A stretch of 61,487 nucleotides of DNA, the filler included. It is 4 parts of 4 records of this genome, joined end to end, with 100 filler letters (N's around TTAATTAATTAA, not from the genome) between each part and the next. Parts side by side here need not be neighbours in the genome. Positions count along the whole stretch, not along the records: positions 1 to 25,748 come from SRR20825006_1006; 3 more parts are not named here. One strand, written 5' to 3'. The position numbers and the translations under genes are program-made. The notes under the pieces are model-generated. The model made no database searches. It was not told where the DNA came from and saw only the letters and a list, made by a program, of their open reading frames with translations. This document shows, in pieces, positions 1 through 9,038 of the stretch (positions within the stretch are counted from its first letter, which is position 1; the number at the start of each line of letters is the position of its first letter).

Positions 1-30
1 GGGAGTGCTCTACCTCTGAGCTACAGCAGC
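1..30 (-). tRNA. tRNA 5' fragment, probably tRNA-Thr(GGT), truncated by window start
   Basis: Reverse complement GCTGCTG-TA-GCTC-AGAGGTA-GAGC-A-CTCCC is an acceptor strand, D-arm and anticodon stem 5' strand. The anticodon is outside the window; Thr is inferred from the usual position divergent from murA in Rhizobiales. Confidence 0.8.
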
Positions 31-184
31 CAGTTTCCGCGTCAGGGAAAACAAAAGCGCACCAGACCGGGCAAGCGGGCTATTGCCATAGCTCAGCCTG
101 GAGTGCAAGACGCTATTTCGATTTCTTTTACGCCGCATAACACTTTTTTCACAATCACATAGCGACCGCAGGCAGGAGGGCACA

Positions 185-364
185 ATGGCAGACACACCCA
201 ATTCCCGGGAAAGCCGAGCTGACAGGGCTGCAAAACTACGCAAGGAACGTGCAGCACAGAAGCTGCGCGAAAACCTGATGCGCCGCAAGCAACAATCACG
301 CGCCCGACGCCAGGGTGAAGCCGATGATACCGATGGCCTGCCAGCTACGAAATCTGAAAAATGA
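185..364 (+). CDS. Small basic protein, 59 aa, upstream of murA (not in the ORF track)
   Basis: GGAGG at 175-179, ATG 185, TGA 362-364; MADTPNSRESRADRAAKLRKERAAQKLRENLMRRKQQSRARRQGEADDTDGLPATKSEK; LRENLxRRK resembles a small protein I recall before murA in alphaproteobacteria. Confidence 0.75.
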   Translation: MADTPNSRESRADRAAKLRKERAAQKLRENLMRRKQQSRARRQGEADDTDGLPATKSEK

Positions 365-576
365 CGGGGGAGGAGCGCAGTGTCGCTCTCTTGCATCATA
401 TAGAAATTTAACCCATCCGGATTAAATAAGTCATTTCGCCGCCACTTTTCCTTGTTCTGACCACAGCCTGGAAACAACTTGTCAACCATTGCGATTGATC
501 ATCGCCAATGCTTCGTCTAAAGCGACACGCCAAAACGCATGGAGAGGCCGGGATCAAAGCGTCCCGGATATAACGG

Positions 577-1869
577 ATGGATAAAATCAGAATCGTCGGC
601 GGCAACCCTTTAAAGGGCAGCATCCCCATTTCCGGCGCGAAAAACGCCGCCCTGCCCCTTATGATCGCCTCACTTCTGACGAGCGAGACGCTGACGTTGG
701 AAAACGTCCCCCATCTGGCTGACGTGGAGTTGCTGATGCGGATTCTCGGCAATCACGGCGTCGACATTTCAGTCAACGGCCGCCGCGAACGCCAGAATGA
801 CGGTTACGCCCGAACCATTCATTTCAACTGCCCGACGATTACCGATACGACCGCTTCATATGAACTTGTGCGCAAGATGCGTGCTTCTTTCTGGGTGATC
901 GGCCCGGTGCTCGCACGTGAAGGTATTGCCCGCGTCTCGCTGCCCGGTGGCTGCGCGATTGGCACACGCCCGGTTGATCTTTTCATTGATGGCCTGAAAG
1001 CGCTCGGCGCAGAAATCGAAATCGAACAGGGCTATGTCGAAGCCAAGGCACCTTCCGGCGGCCTGATCGGCGCGCATTATAAGTTCCCCAAGGTGTCCGT
1101 TGGCGCCACGCATACGCTGATGATGGCTGCGTCCTTGGCCAATGGCACCACGGTTCTGGAAAATGCGGCCCGCGAACCGGAAGTCGTTGACCTTGCCAAT
1201 TGCCTCAAGGCCATGGGCGCGAAAATTGAAGGCGCAGGAACCGGCACTGTTACGATCAAGGGCGTGACATCGCTTTCTGGTGCAAGGCACATGGTTCTGC
1301 CGGACAGGATCGAGACCGGGACATACGCAATGGCCGTTGCCATGACTGGTGGCGATGTGATGCTGGAAAACACGGACGCATCTCTGCTTTCTTCCGCTCT
1401 GGATGCGATTCGCGCCGCAGGCGCTGAAGTGACTTCGACTGCTTCCGGCATCCACATCGTCGGCCATGGCGATGAGATTCGCCCCGTCGATATCCGCACT
1501 GAACCGTACCCCGGCTTCCCGACCGACCTGCAGGCTCAGTTCATGGGATTGATGTCCCGTGCGAAAGGCACGTCGCAGATTGTTGAAACGATCTTCGAAA
1601 ATCGCTTCATGCATGTTCAGGAGCTTGCAAGGCTGGGCGCAGACATTTCGCTTTCCGGCCAGACAGCAACGGTCAAAGGCGTTAACGAGCTTCATGGAGC
1701 GCCGGTGATGGCAACAGATCTTCGCGCCTCCGTCTCGCTTGTCATAGCAGGCCTGGCAGCAAAAGGTGAAACCACGGTTGGCCGCGTCTATCATCTCGAT
1801 CGCGGTTTTGAACGCCTTGAAGAAAAGCTCACCCGCTGCGGTGCAGAGATCGAACGGATCAGTGACTGA
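577..1869 (+). CDS. murA: UDP-N-acetylglucosamine 1-carboxyvinyltransferase
   Basis: [21 protein letters not shown] (catalytic Cys loop), [17 protein letters not shown]; 430 aa. Confidence 0.98.
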   Translation: MDKIRIVGGNPLKGSIPISGAKNAALPLMIASLLTSETLTLENVPHLADVELLMRILGNHGVDISVNGRRERQNDGYARTIHFNCPTITDTTASYELVRKMRASFWVIGPVLAREGIARVSLPGGCAIGTRPVDLFIDGLKALGAEIEIEQGYVEAKAPSGGLIGAHYKFPKVSVGATHTLMMAASLANGTTVLENAAREPEVVDLANCLKAMGAKIEGAGTGTVTIKGVTSLSGARHMVLPDRIETGTYAMAVAMTGGDVMLENTDASLLSSALDAIRAAGAEVTSTASGIHIVGHGDEIRPVDIRTEPYPGFPTDLQAQFMGLMSRAKGTSQIVETIFENRFMHVQELARLGADISLSGQTATVKGVNELHGAPVMATDLRASVSLVIAGLAAKGETTVGRVYHLDRGFERLEEKLTRCGAEIERISD

Positions 1870-2035
1870 CCGCCTTTTCGGAAAGACCACCACCGATGCG
1901 TATCATCAAACCGATGCGCTATCACCCGATTTAAAGCAAAACTGAGGCCGGCAAAATCCCCCCGCCGGTTGCCTTTGCGCGTCCAGCGGCTTATCTCGGG
2001 AATGAAAGATCAACACCCGCCGGGAATATAACGTC

Positions 2036-2497
2036 ATGACCTCTTCTCCGCTTCGCCTGATCGCACTGGATGAGGAAGACCTCGTTGTCATCTCAGCAAA
2101 CCTTCAGGATGCCATATTCCTCTCGCGTGACCTGAAATTCAGTGCACCGAAAGGCGACCATGACAATACGCTCGGACAGTTCGAGCTGTCATTCAACAGA
2201 CTGGTCAGTAACGGCAAGCGCTGGTTCTTCAAAAAGACGCAGCGGCGCCGGGCAACCCTCATCGTCAAGCGGGTAAACGCTATCCGCAGCGTTGGTGTTG
2301 AACGTGACAACGCCAACGAGGTTCACAACCTGCTCGCCATTCAGTTTGAGAAAAACGCGGACGGTCCCGACGGCAGTCTGGCCTTTGTGCTGTCCGGCGG
2401 CGCAGAGATCATTCTGGATGTCGAGGCAATCGAGCTATCTCTTGCCGATGTCAGCGAAAGCTGGGAAGGCGGGCGTCCGCCGCATCACCCGCGCTGA
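2036..2497 (+). CDS. DUF2948 family protein
   Basis: LRLIALDEEDLVVISANLQDA N-terminus; position between murA and hisD. Confidence 0.85.
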   Translation: MTSSPLRLIALDEEDLVVISANLQDAIFLSRDLKFSAPKGDHDNTLGQFELSFNRLVSNGKRWFFKKTQRRRATLIVKRVNAIRSVGVERDNANEVHNLLAIQFEKNADGPDGSLAFVLSGGAEIILDVEAIELSLADVSESWEGGRPPHHPR

Positions 2498-2542
2498 GTG
2501 AAAAGGCGGATCTTCTTATGACAACGCATATGAGGCATTAAC

Positions 2543-3847
2543 ATGGCTATCTGGCTCGATGCTGCTGACGCAGACTTCGAAGACCGCTTCAAGGCACTGC
2601 TTTCGACAAAACGCGAAGTGTCCGCGGATGTCGGCACTGTGGTTGATGCCATTATCGACGATGTTCGCCAACGCGGCGATAACGCGCTTTCTGCTTATTC
2701 AGCGCGTTTCGACGATGTTGACTTTTCCGATCCGGCAACGCCGATGAAAATCGGCCAGGATGAGATTGAGCAGGCTTTTGCAGAGGTCCAGCCGAAGGTT
2801 ATCGAAGCACTGAAACTCGCCGAAGCACGCATTCGCAGCCACCATGCACGGCAGTTGCCTGCTGACGATTTTTACCAGGACGAGATTGGCGTTGGTCTTG
2901 GTCATCGCTGGACCGCTGTGGAAGCTGTCGGTCTTTACGTTCCCGGTGGCACAGCCAGCTATCCCAGCTCGGTTTTGATGAATGCTGTTCCGGCCAGTGT
3001 TGCCGGCGTTGAACGCATTGTCATGGTCGTTCCTGCCATGAAGGGCAAGGTTAATCCTGCGGTTCTCGCCGCAGCGCAGATTGCCGGTGTTTCGGAAATT
3101 TATCGCATCGGTGGCGCACAGGCTATCGCTGCACTGGCCTATGGAACAGAGACAATCCAGCCGGTTTCCAAGATTGTCGGTCCGGGCAATGCTTACGTTG
3201 CAGCCGCCAAGCGCGTGGTTTTCGGGACGGTCGGTATCGACATGATTGCCGGTCCTTCGGAAGTTCTGATCATCGCCGATGGTGAAAACAATCCCGATTG
3301 GATTGCTGCCGACCTTCTGGCGCAGGCCGAGCATGACACAGCCGCACAATCAATCCTGATCACCACTGACAAAGCTTTGGGCGAAGCCGTTGACGAAGCT
3401 GTCGAGCGTCAGCTCAAGACCTTGCCACGCGGCGAAATCGCACGGGCAAGCTGGCGGGATTTTGGTGCGATCATCACCGTTTCCGATATCGAGGCCGCCA
3501 TGCCGCTGGCCAACCGTATCGCGCCCGAGCACCTTGAGCTTGCCGTTGACGATCCCGACACACTGATCCCGAAAGTGCGTAACGCCGGTGCCATTTTTGC
3601 CGGTCACTACACACCGGAGGCAATCGGCGATTATGTCGGCGGCTCGAACCATGTCCTGCCAACCGCCCGCTCGGCGCGTTTTTCCTCCGGGCTGACTGTG
3701 CTGGACTTCATGAAACGAACGTCCATCCTGCGTCTGGGGGCCGAACAGTTGAACAGACTTGCGCCACCGGCTATCGAACTTGCAGAATGCGAGGGACTGG
3801 GTGCACATGCCCGGTCGGTATCCATCCGGCTCAACCGCAAGGAATAG
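2543..3847 (+). CDS. hisD: Histidinol dehydrogenase
   Basis: [48 protein letters not shown]. Confidence 0.98.
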   Translation: MAIWLDAADADFEDRFKALLSTKREVSADVGTVVDAIIDDVRQRGDNALSAYSARFDDVDFSDPATPMKIGQDEIEQAFAEVQPKVIEALKLAEARIRSHHARQLPADDFYQDEIGVGLGHRWTAVEAVGLYVPGGTASYPSSVLMNAVPASVAGVERIVMVVPAMKGKVNPAVLAAAQIAGVSEIYRIGGAQAIAALAYGTETIQPVSKIVGPGNAYVAAAKRVVFGTVGIDMIAGPSEVLIIADGENNPDWIAADLLAQAEHDTAAQSILITTDKALGEAVDEAVERQLKTLPRGEIARASWRDFGAIITVSDIEAAMPLANRIAPEHLELAVDDPDTLIPKVRNAGAIFAGHYTPEAIGDYVGGSNHVLPTARSARFSSGLTVLDFMKRTSILRLGAEQLNRLAPPAIELAECEGLGAHARSVSIRLNRKE

Positions 3848-3849
3848 TC

Positions 3850-4323
3850 ATGGCCAAGGGCGATTACAGGCTAAGCGATGTTGTTCTCGACGAGAGCATC
3901 GGCCGCGCCTCGCCCGATGTCGAGCATGAACGCGCAGTCGCTATTTTTGACCTTCTGGAAGAAAACCATTTCGAACCGCAAAGTCACTCTGGCGGCCCTT
4001 ACAAACTAACCCTGTCCATTGCCGACAAGCGCCTTGTCTTCAACATCATGCTGGAAAACGGCGATCAGGTGGCCACTCATATCCTGTCACTGACGCCATT
4101 CCGTCGAATTGTAAAAGACTATTTCATGATCTGCGAAAGCTATTATGAAGCGATCAAGTCCGCATCACCGGCCAAGATCGAAGCCATCGATATGGGACGC
4201 CGCGGTGTTCACAACGAAGGCTCACAAACGCTGATGGATCGCCTCAACGGCAAGATCACACTGGATTTCGATACCGCAAGGCGTCTGTTCACCCTCGTTT
4301 GTGTGCTTTACTGGCGCGGATAA
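3850..4323 (+). CDS. UPF0262 family protein
   Basis: [35 protein letters not shown]; start reassigned to ATG 3850. Confidence 0.9.
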   Translation: MAKGDYRLSDVVLDESIGRASPDVEHERAVAIFDLLEENHFEPQSHSGGPYKLTLSIADKRLVFNIMLENGDQVATHILSLTPFRRIVKDYFMICESYYEAIKSASPAKIEAIDMGRRGVHNEGSQTLMDRLNGKITLDFDTARRLFTLVCVLYWRG

Positions 4324-4600
4324 GGCCGAATTTCTTCAAAATAGCTGCATTACTGCCAAACTAAAAATCAAAGAGTGAACAAAACAACTGTAGGCCGGGC
4401 AAACAAGGTTCACAAACGTTAAAGGATTGTGTAGGTTCCGCCGCAAATCCAAGGGCTGCGTGAGCACACAATGCTCCGCAGGTGCCCGAACGAAAATTGA
4501 GAAACGCGTCTGACCCAGCCCGTCAGCAGGAGCTGGCGAGATGGTTATGCGCCGAAACCCAGATAGAAACCGGTTTCGATGTACGAAAGAAAAGAACTAA

Positions 4601-4819
4601 ATGGCTAAAGAAGAAGTACTGGAATTTCCCGGCGTCGTCGTTGAGCTGCTGCCCAATGCGACCTTCCGGGTCAAACTGGAAAACGATCACGAGATCATCG
4701 CCCACACGGCAGGCCGTATGCGCAAGAACCGCATCCGCGTTCTGGCGGGCGACAAAGTTCTCGTTGAGATGACGCCCTACGACCTGACCAAAGGCCGTAT
4801 CACCTACCGCTTCAAGTAA
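4601..4819 (+). CDS. infA: Translation initiation factor IF-1
   Basis: MAKEE...[13 protein letters not shown]...[16 protein letters not shown]...[13 protein letters not shown]; 72 aa. Confidence 0.98.
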   Translation: MAKEEVLEFPGVVVELLPNATFRVKLENDHEIIAHTAGRMRKNRIRVLAGDKVLVEMTPYDLTKGRITYRFK

Positions 4820-4859
4820 GTAACACGCTGACCTTACCAGCAAGCAGCAGGATTTCGAC

Positions 4860-5486
4860 GTGGCGTATACGAAACTGATTCTGGCATCCGCATCGCCGCG
4901 CCGGGTCGATCTTCTCAAGCAGATCGCGATCACACCTGATCGGATCGAGCCTGCCGATATCGATGAGACACCGGCAGCGAATGAGACCCCGCGTCTTCTG
5001 GCTGGCCGCCTGGCTCAGGAAAAAGCCGAAGCCGTGCTGACGAAATTCGAAGATCAGGCCGAATGGCAGACCGCTCTGGTGTTGGCCGCAGATACTGTCG
5101 TGGCTGCCGGACGCAGAATTCTGCCCAAAGCGGAAACGGAAGATCAGGCAATCGCTTGCCTTGACCTTCTTTCTGGCCGAAACCATCGCGTTTTCACCGG
5201 GCTTTGTGTTGGCGCGGTTGCCGACGGGACGGTGAGCCTGCGGATTATCGAAACACGTGTGACCTTCAAGCACCTGTCGAAAGCTGAGAAACAGGCCTAT
5301 CTGGCGTCTGGGGAATGGCAGGGGAAAGCCGGAGCTTATGCCGTCCAGGGTCTTGCTGCGGCCTTTGTATCCCGTGTTCTGGGTTCGTATTCCGCAGTCG
5401 TCGGGCTGCCCGTTCATGAAACAGCAGCACTTCTTGCCGGACGCGAGTTCGATGTTTTAGCGCAATGGGAGAGGAGCGCCAGATGA
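4860..5486 (+). CDS. maf: Maf-family nucleoside triphosphate pyrophosphatase (YhdE type)
   Basis: LILASASPRR, LAADTVV, KAGAYAVQG, VVGLP; GTG start. Confidence 0.95.
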   Translation: MAYTKLILASASPRRVDLLKQIAITPDRIEPADIDETPAANETPRLLAGRLAQEKAEAVLTKFEDQAEWQTALVLAADTVVAAGRRILPKAETEDQAIACLDLLSGRNHRVFTGLCVGAVADGTVSLRIIETRVTFKHLSKAEKQAYLASGEWQGKAGAYAVQGLAAAFVSRVLGSYSAVVGLPVHETAALLAGREFDVLAQWERSAR

Positions 5487-5692
5487 GTTCCAAACCGAAA
5501 GCCAGTGTTGAGCCTTTGCGCAAACCGCGCAAATGCCCGGAATGCGGCAAACCATCGACACGGGAAGACTATCCTTTTTGCAGCGAACGCTGCCGCCAAC
5601 TCGATCTTTCGCGCTGGCTGACAGGTTCCTACAGTATTCCCGTCGCGGAGGATGAATCCAAAGCCGACGACGAGGGCCAGTACGAAAACTGA
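5483..5692 (+). CDS. yacG: DNA gyrase inhibitor YacG
   Basis: CPEC...YPFCSERCRQLDLSRW zinc motif; ATGA overlap with maf stop. Confidence 0.93.
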   Translation: MSSKPKASVEPLRKPRKCPECGKPSTREDYPFCSERCRQLDLSRWLTGSYSIPVAEDESKADDEGQYEN

Positions 5693-5761
5693 CCCGTCTT
5701 TTTTGATCGCCGGAAATTGTTGAGGCCGGGCGACAATATGCCATCCCGGCTTTGTCTGTTT

Positions 5762-6550
5762 TCAAATACCCGCCGAATACTGTTCCCAGGCACCGCCAGG
5801 CGCAGTCGCAGCGTTCAGCGCGGCGAGGTTCTTGGCTGCCTGATCAGCGGATACCCCGCTTGTTGCCACCCGCTGAGCCTCGTCACGTTTTCCCTGAAGG
5901 GCCAGCACCAGTGCCAGATTGACGCGCACATCCGGGTCAGCGTCACGCTGTTTGACGGCATCCCGCAAAAAACCTTCTGCCGAAGGCAGGTCATGGGTAA
6001 GCACATAGGAGGTCGCCATATTGGACAAGACCTCAGGATTGTTGCGCGAAAGCGAAAGCGCCTTGCGATAGGCCATGCGCGCTTCCATCGGCTGCCCCAT
6101 CTGATCGAGAATCAGACCTTCCTGCGAATAGGTTCGCCAGTCATTGGGCGCCAGTTGGATCGCGCGTCGGACTGTGCGCAGCGCGTCAGGATAGTTTCCG
6201 ATCGCAGCCTGTGACCGGGCATAATAGAGCTGCGCATCAGCAGACCCCGGATTGCGGTCCGCTGCGGTTTTCATAACAGCATTAGCTTTATCAAATTGCC
6301 CTTCGGCCTTCAGGAACTCCGCATAGGCCGCGGCATTGCCGACATTGCCCGGATAACGCTGAAAATCGATCTCCAGCCGCTGGCTCAGGACCGCGCGCTG
6401 CGAAGCGGGCATGGCGGCAACGTCTTCAACGGTCAGCCCCGTAACCTGTTCCATTGCACCACCGCGCGCACTTGCACAGGCAGAAAGCGCGATTGCAGAG
6501 ACGGCCAGCAATGCCACAGTTGTTTTATGAAAGCCGATTCGATACGCCAT
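5762..6550 (-). CDS. TPR-repeat lipoprotein (TadD/CpaO-like)
   Basis: Lipobox LSAC; TPR-like repeats (ARMAYRKALSLSRNNPEVLSN, VRVNLALVLALQGKRDEA). Confidence 0.8.
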   Translation of the reverse strand: MAYRIGFHKTTVALLAVSAIALSACASARGGAMEQVTGLTVEDVAAMPASQRAVLSQRLEIDFQRYPGNVGNAAAYAEFLKAEGQFDKANAVMKTAADRNPGSADAQLYYARSQAAIGNYPDALRTVRRAIQLAPNDWRTYSQEGLILDQMGQPMEARMAYRKALSLSRNNPEVLSNMATSYVLTHDLPSAEGFLRDAVKQRDADPDVRVNLALVLALQGKRDEAQRVATSGVSADQAAKNLAALNAATAPGGAWEQYSAGI

Positions 6551-6682
6551 TTTCCACACTCCGATGGTTTGCCCTAATATGACCGGCGCAACGAATCAAA
6601 ACCGATCCTTGATCAGAATCTACATAAAAGTTCTGGCAGCAGAAAGCCTGCGTCAGTCCAGCCGAAAAATGAGACAGGTATC

Positions 6683-8071
6683 ATGACAGCTTTCTCGATC
6701 ACACAACGCGAAAGCGCTTTATGCGCCGATGCCGAAGTAACACGCCGTATCTATGCCGTAACACCAGAAGATATGGCCAATCCGGACCGTCTGCCATATC
6801 CGCTGGCCGCCTTTGCCCGCACTGCCGGGTTCAAGGCGCAGCCGGGTGCGTTTCTTCTGTGTCCCGGTGATACTGGTCATGTCGAGGCTGCGCTGTTCGG
6901 TCTGGGCGACAAGCCGAATGATACACCATTCCTTTCCGGCAGGCTCGCCAAACTATTGCCCGAGGGCGATTGGCGCTTCGCCTTTCATTCAGGAGATATT
7001 GACAAAGCCTTTTTGGGATTTGCGCTCGGTTCGTACAGTTTTGATCGTTACAAGAATGCCGCCGCCGACAGGGCACGGCTTTTTATGGCGGATAGCAAGA
7101 ACCTTGCTGAACTCCAGCGCATCGAGACCGCCGTTTTTCTGGCACGTGACCTGATCAACACGCCCGCCAACGATATGCAGCCTGATCATCTGGAGGAAGC
7201 CTTCGAGGCACTCGCCAGACACTATAGTGCAAAGTTTTCAACCATTCGCGGCGACGACCTTCTGGATGCCGGCTTCCCGCTTGTTCATGCCGTTGGCCGG
7301 GCCGGTGAAAAGGCTCCGCGGCTGATGGAGATGCGCTGGGGCCGGAAAGGCGCCCGCAGCATCACGCTTGTCGGCAAAGGGGTTTGCTTTGATACAGGCG
7401 GCTTGGATCTGAAATCAGCAGCGGGCATGGGGCTGATGAAGAAGGATATGGGCGGCGCAGCCAATGTTATGGCGCTCGCCATGATGATCATGGATGCCGG
7501 CCTTGATGTCGATCTTCGCGTCATTGTGCCAAGCGTTGAAAATGCCGTTTCCGACAACGCATTCCGCCCCGGCGATATTTACCGCACCCGCAAGGGCCTG
7601 ACGGTTCAGATCGACAATACCGATGCCGAAGGCCGCCTGATCCTTGCCGACGCGCTCGCCTATGCAGATGAGGAACAACCTGATCTTCTCATCGACATGG
7701 CAACGCTGACGGGTGCGGCCCGTGTGGCACTTGGTCCCGATGTGTCCCCATTCTTCACCAACGATGATGTTTTTGCAAAAAGCGTGGACGAAGCATCGAC
7801 CGCAGTGGATGACCCGGTCTGGCGTATGCCGCTTTTTGCCGGTTACGAGAGCAGGCTGAAAACCGGTATTGCCGACCTCACAAATGCACCGCCCGGAGGC
7901 ATGGCCGGGGCGATTACCGCCGCACTTTTCCTCAAACAGTTTGTTTCGGGTAAAGTAAGCTGGGCGCATTTCGACATTTACGGACATGCACCGGCTGATC
8001 GTGATATCGGCCCTGCCGGTGGCGAAGCACAGGCCATTCGCGCCATTTTTGACACCATTTGCAAAGGCTGA
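6683..8071 (+). CDS. M17 leucyl aminopeptidase family protein
   Basis: LVGKGVCFDTGG, MKKDMGGAA, NTDAEGRL, DMATLTGA. Confidence 0.95.
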   Translation: MTAFSITQRESALCADAEVTRRIYAVTPEDMANPDRLPYPLAAFARTAGFKAQPGAFLLCPGDTGHVEAALFGLGDKPNDTPFLSGRLAKLLPEGDWRFAFHSGDIDKAFLGFALGSYSFDRYKNAAADRARLFMADSKNLAELQRIETAVFLARDLINTPANDMQPDHLEEAFEALARHYSAKFSTIRGDDLLDAGFPLVHAVGRAGEKAPRLMEMRWGRKGARSITLVGKGVCFDTGGLDLKSAAGMGLMKKDMGGAANVMALAMMIMDAGLDVDLRVIVPSVENAVSDNAFRPGDIYRTRKGLTVQIDNTDAEGRLILADALAYADEEQPDLLIDMATLTGAARVALGPDVSPFFTNDDVFAKSVDEASTAVDDPVWRMPLFAGYESRLKTGIADLTNAPPGGMAGAITAALFLKQFVSGKVSWAHFDIYGHAPADRDIGPAGGEAQAIRAIFDTICKG

Positions 8072-8074
8072 AAG

Positions 8075-8935
8075 ATGGAACTCGACCGCAGGCTACACGT
8101 GTTCCGCCCCGACCTGGCAGATCAACGGTTATCAGGCATGGTAAAAGCGGAGCAGTTCGCCAAACCGGTCTCTGCACAGGTCATTGCTCCGGTTGCACCG
8201 CTCAGACCGAAACCTTCGGAAGCCGTCGGGATCGATACCCAGCTTCTTTTCGGCGAAACCGTCGACGTATTTGAGCGACACAATGGCTGGGCATGGGTTC
8301 AGTCGCGCTACGATTCCTATGTCGGTTATCTGCCGGATGCCATGCTGGCTGACGGCGAACGACAGGCGACTCATATCATCTCGGTGCCACGCACTTTTCT
8401 CTACCCGGAAGCAGAACTGAGGATGAGCCCTGTCTGCGCTCTTTCGATGGGGTGCAGGCTGACATTTACCGGAGAGACGGAAACACGCGGCACACGCTAC
8501 TTCACCTGCGAGGACGGTTCCGCCGTTTTTGCCGGGCATTGCCATCCACTGGGCAGGGTCTTCGAACCAGATCCGGTCAAAACCGCGCTCCGCTTTCTGG
8601 AAACACCCTACCTTTGGGGCGGACGCTCCGGTTTTGGCATTGATTGCTCCGGTCTGGTGCAGATGGCCATGATGATGGCGGGCATCACCGTACCACGCGA
8701 TTCCGATATGCAGGAATTGATGGAAGCAGAAGCTGTGCCACGCACCACACTGAAACGGAGCGATCTGGTTTTCTGGAAAGGCCACGTGGGTATTATGGAA
8801 GATGAGCGCACCCTCGTTCATGCCAGCGGCGCAGTCATGCGGGTCACACGGGAAAATATCGATCAGGCTGCCGCACGGATCGCCCTGCAATACGGCAATC
8901 CAACCATCTGCCTGCGTCCGCAAACCAGCGCATAA
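8075..8935 (+). CDS. SH3 + NlpC/P60 peptidoglycan endopeptidase
   Basis: TQLLFGE...GWAWVQ...YVGY SH3-like; TPYLWGGRS.FGIDCSGLV, GHVG, HA triad. Confidence 0.92.
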   Translation: MELDRRLHVFRPDLADQRLSGMVKAEQFAKPVSAQVIAPVAPLRPKPSEAVGIDTQLLFGETVDVFERHNGWAWVQSRYDSYVGYLPDAMLADGERQATHIISVPRTFLYPEAELRMSPVCALSMGCRLTFTGETETRGTRYFTCEDGSAVFAGHCHPLGRVFEPDPVKTALRFLETPYLWGGRSGFGIDCSGLVQMAMMMAGITVPRDSDMQELMEAEAVPRTTLKRSDLVFWKGHVGIMEDERTLVHASGAVMRVTRENIDQAAARIALQYGNPTICLRPQTSA

Positions 8936-8983
8936 TGGGACGAAAAGCCGTTTCGACAAAAACGGCAAACGGAACAGAACGAC

Positions 8984-9018
8984 AAAACGCCGCCCTTTTC
9001 AGAGCGGCGTTCTTCTTT
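8984..9018. terminator. Hairpin terminator between convergent NlpC/P60 and adhE
   Basis: AACGCCGC...GCGGCGTT stem with A-rich and T-rich flanks. Confidence 0.6.
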
Positions 9019-9038
9019 ATTACCCTTTGAGGATCAGA

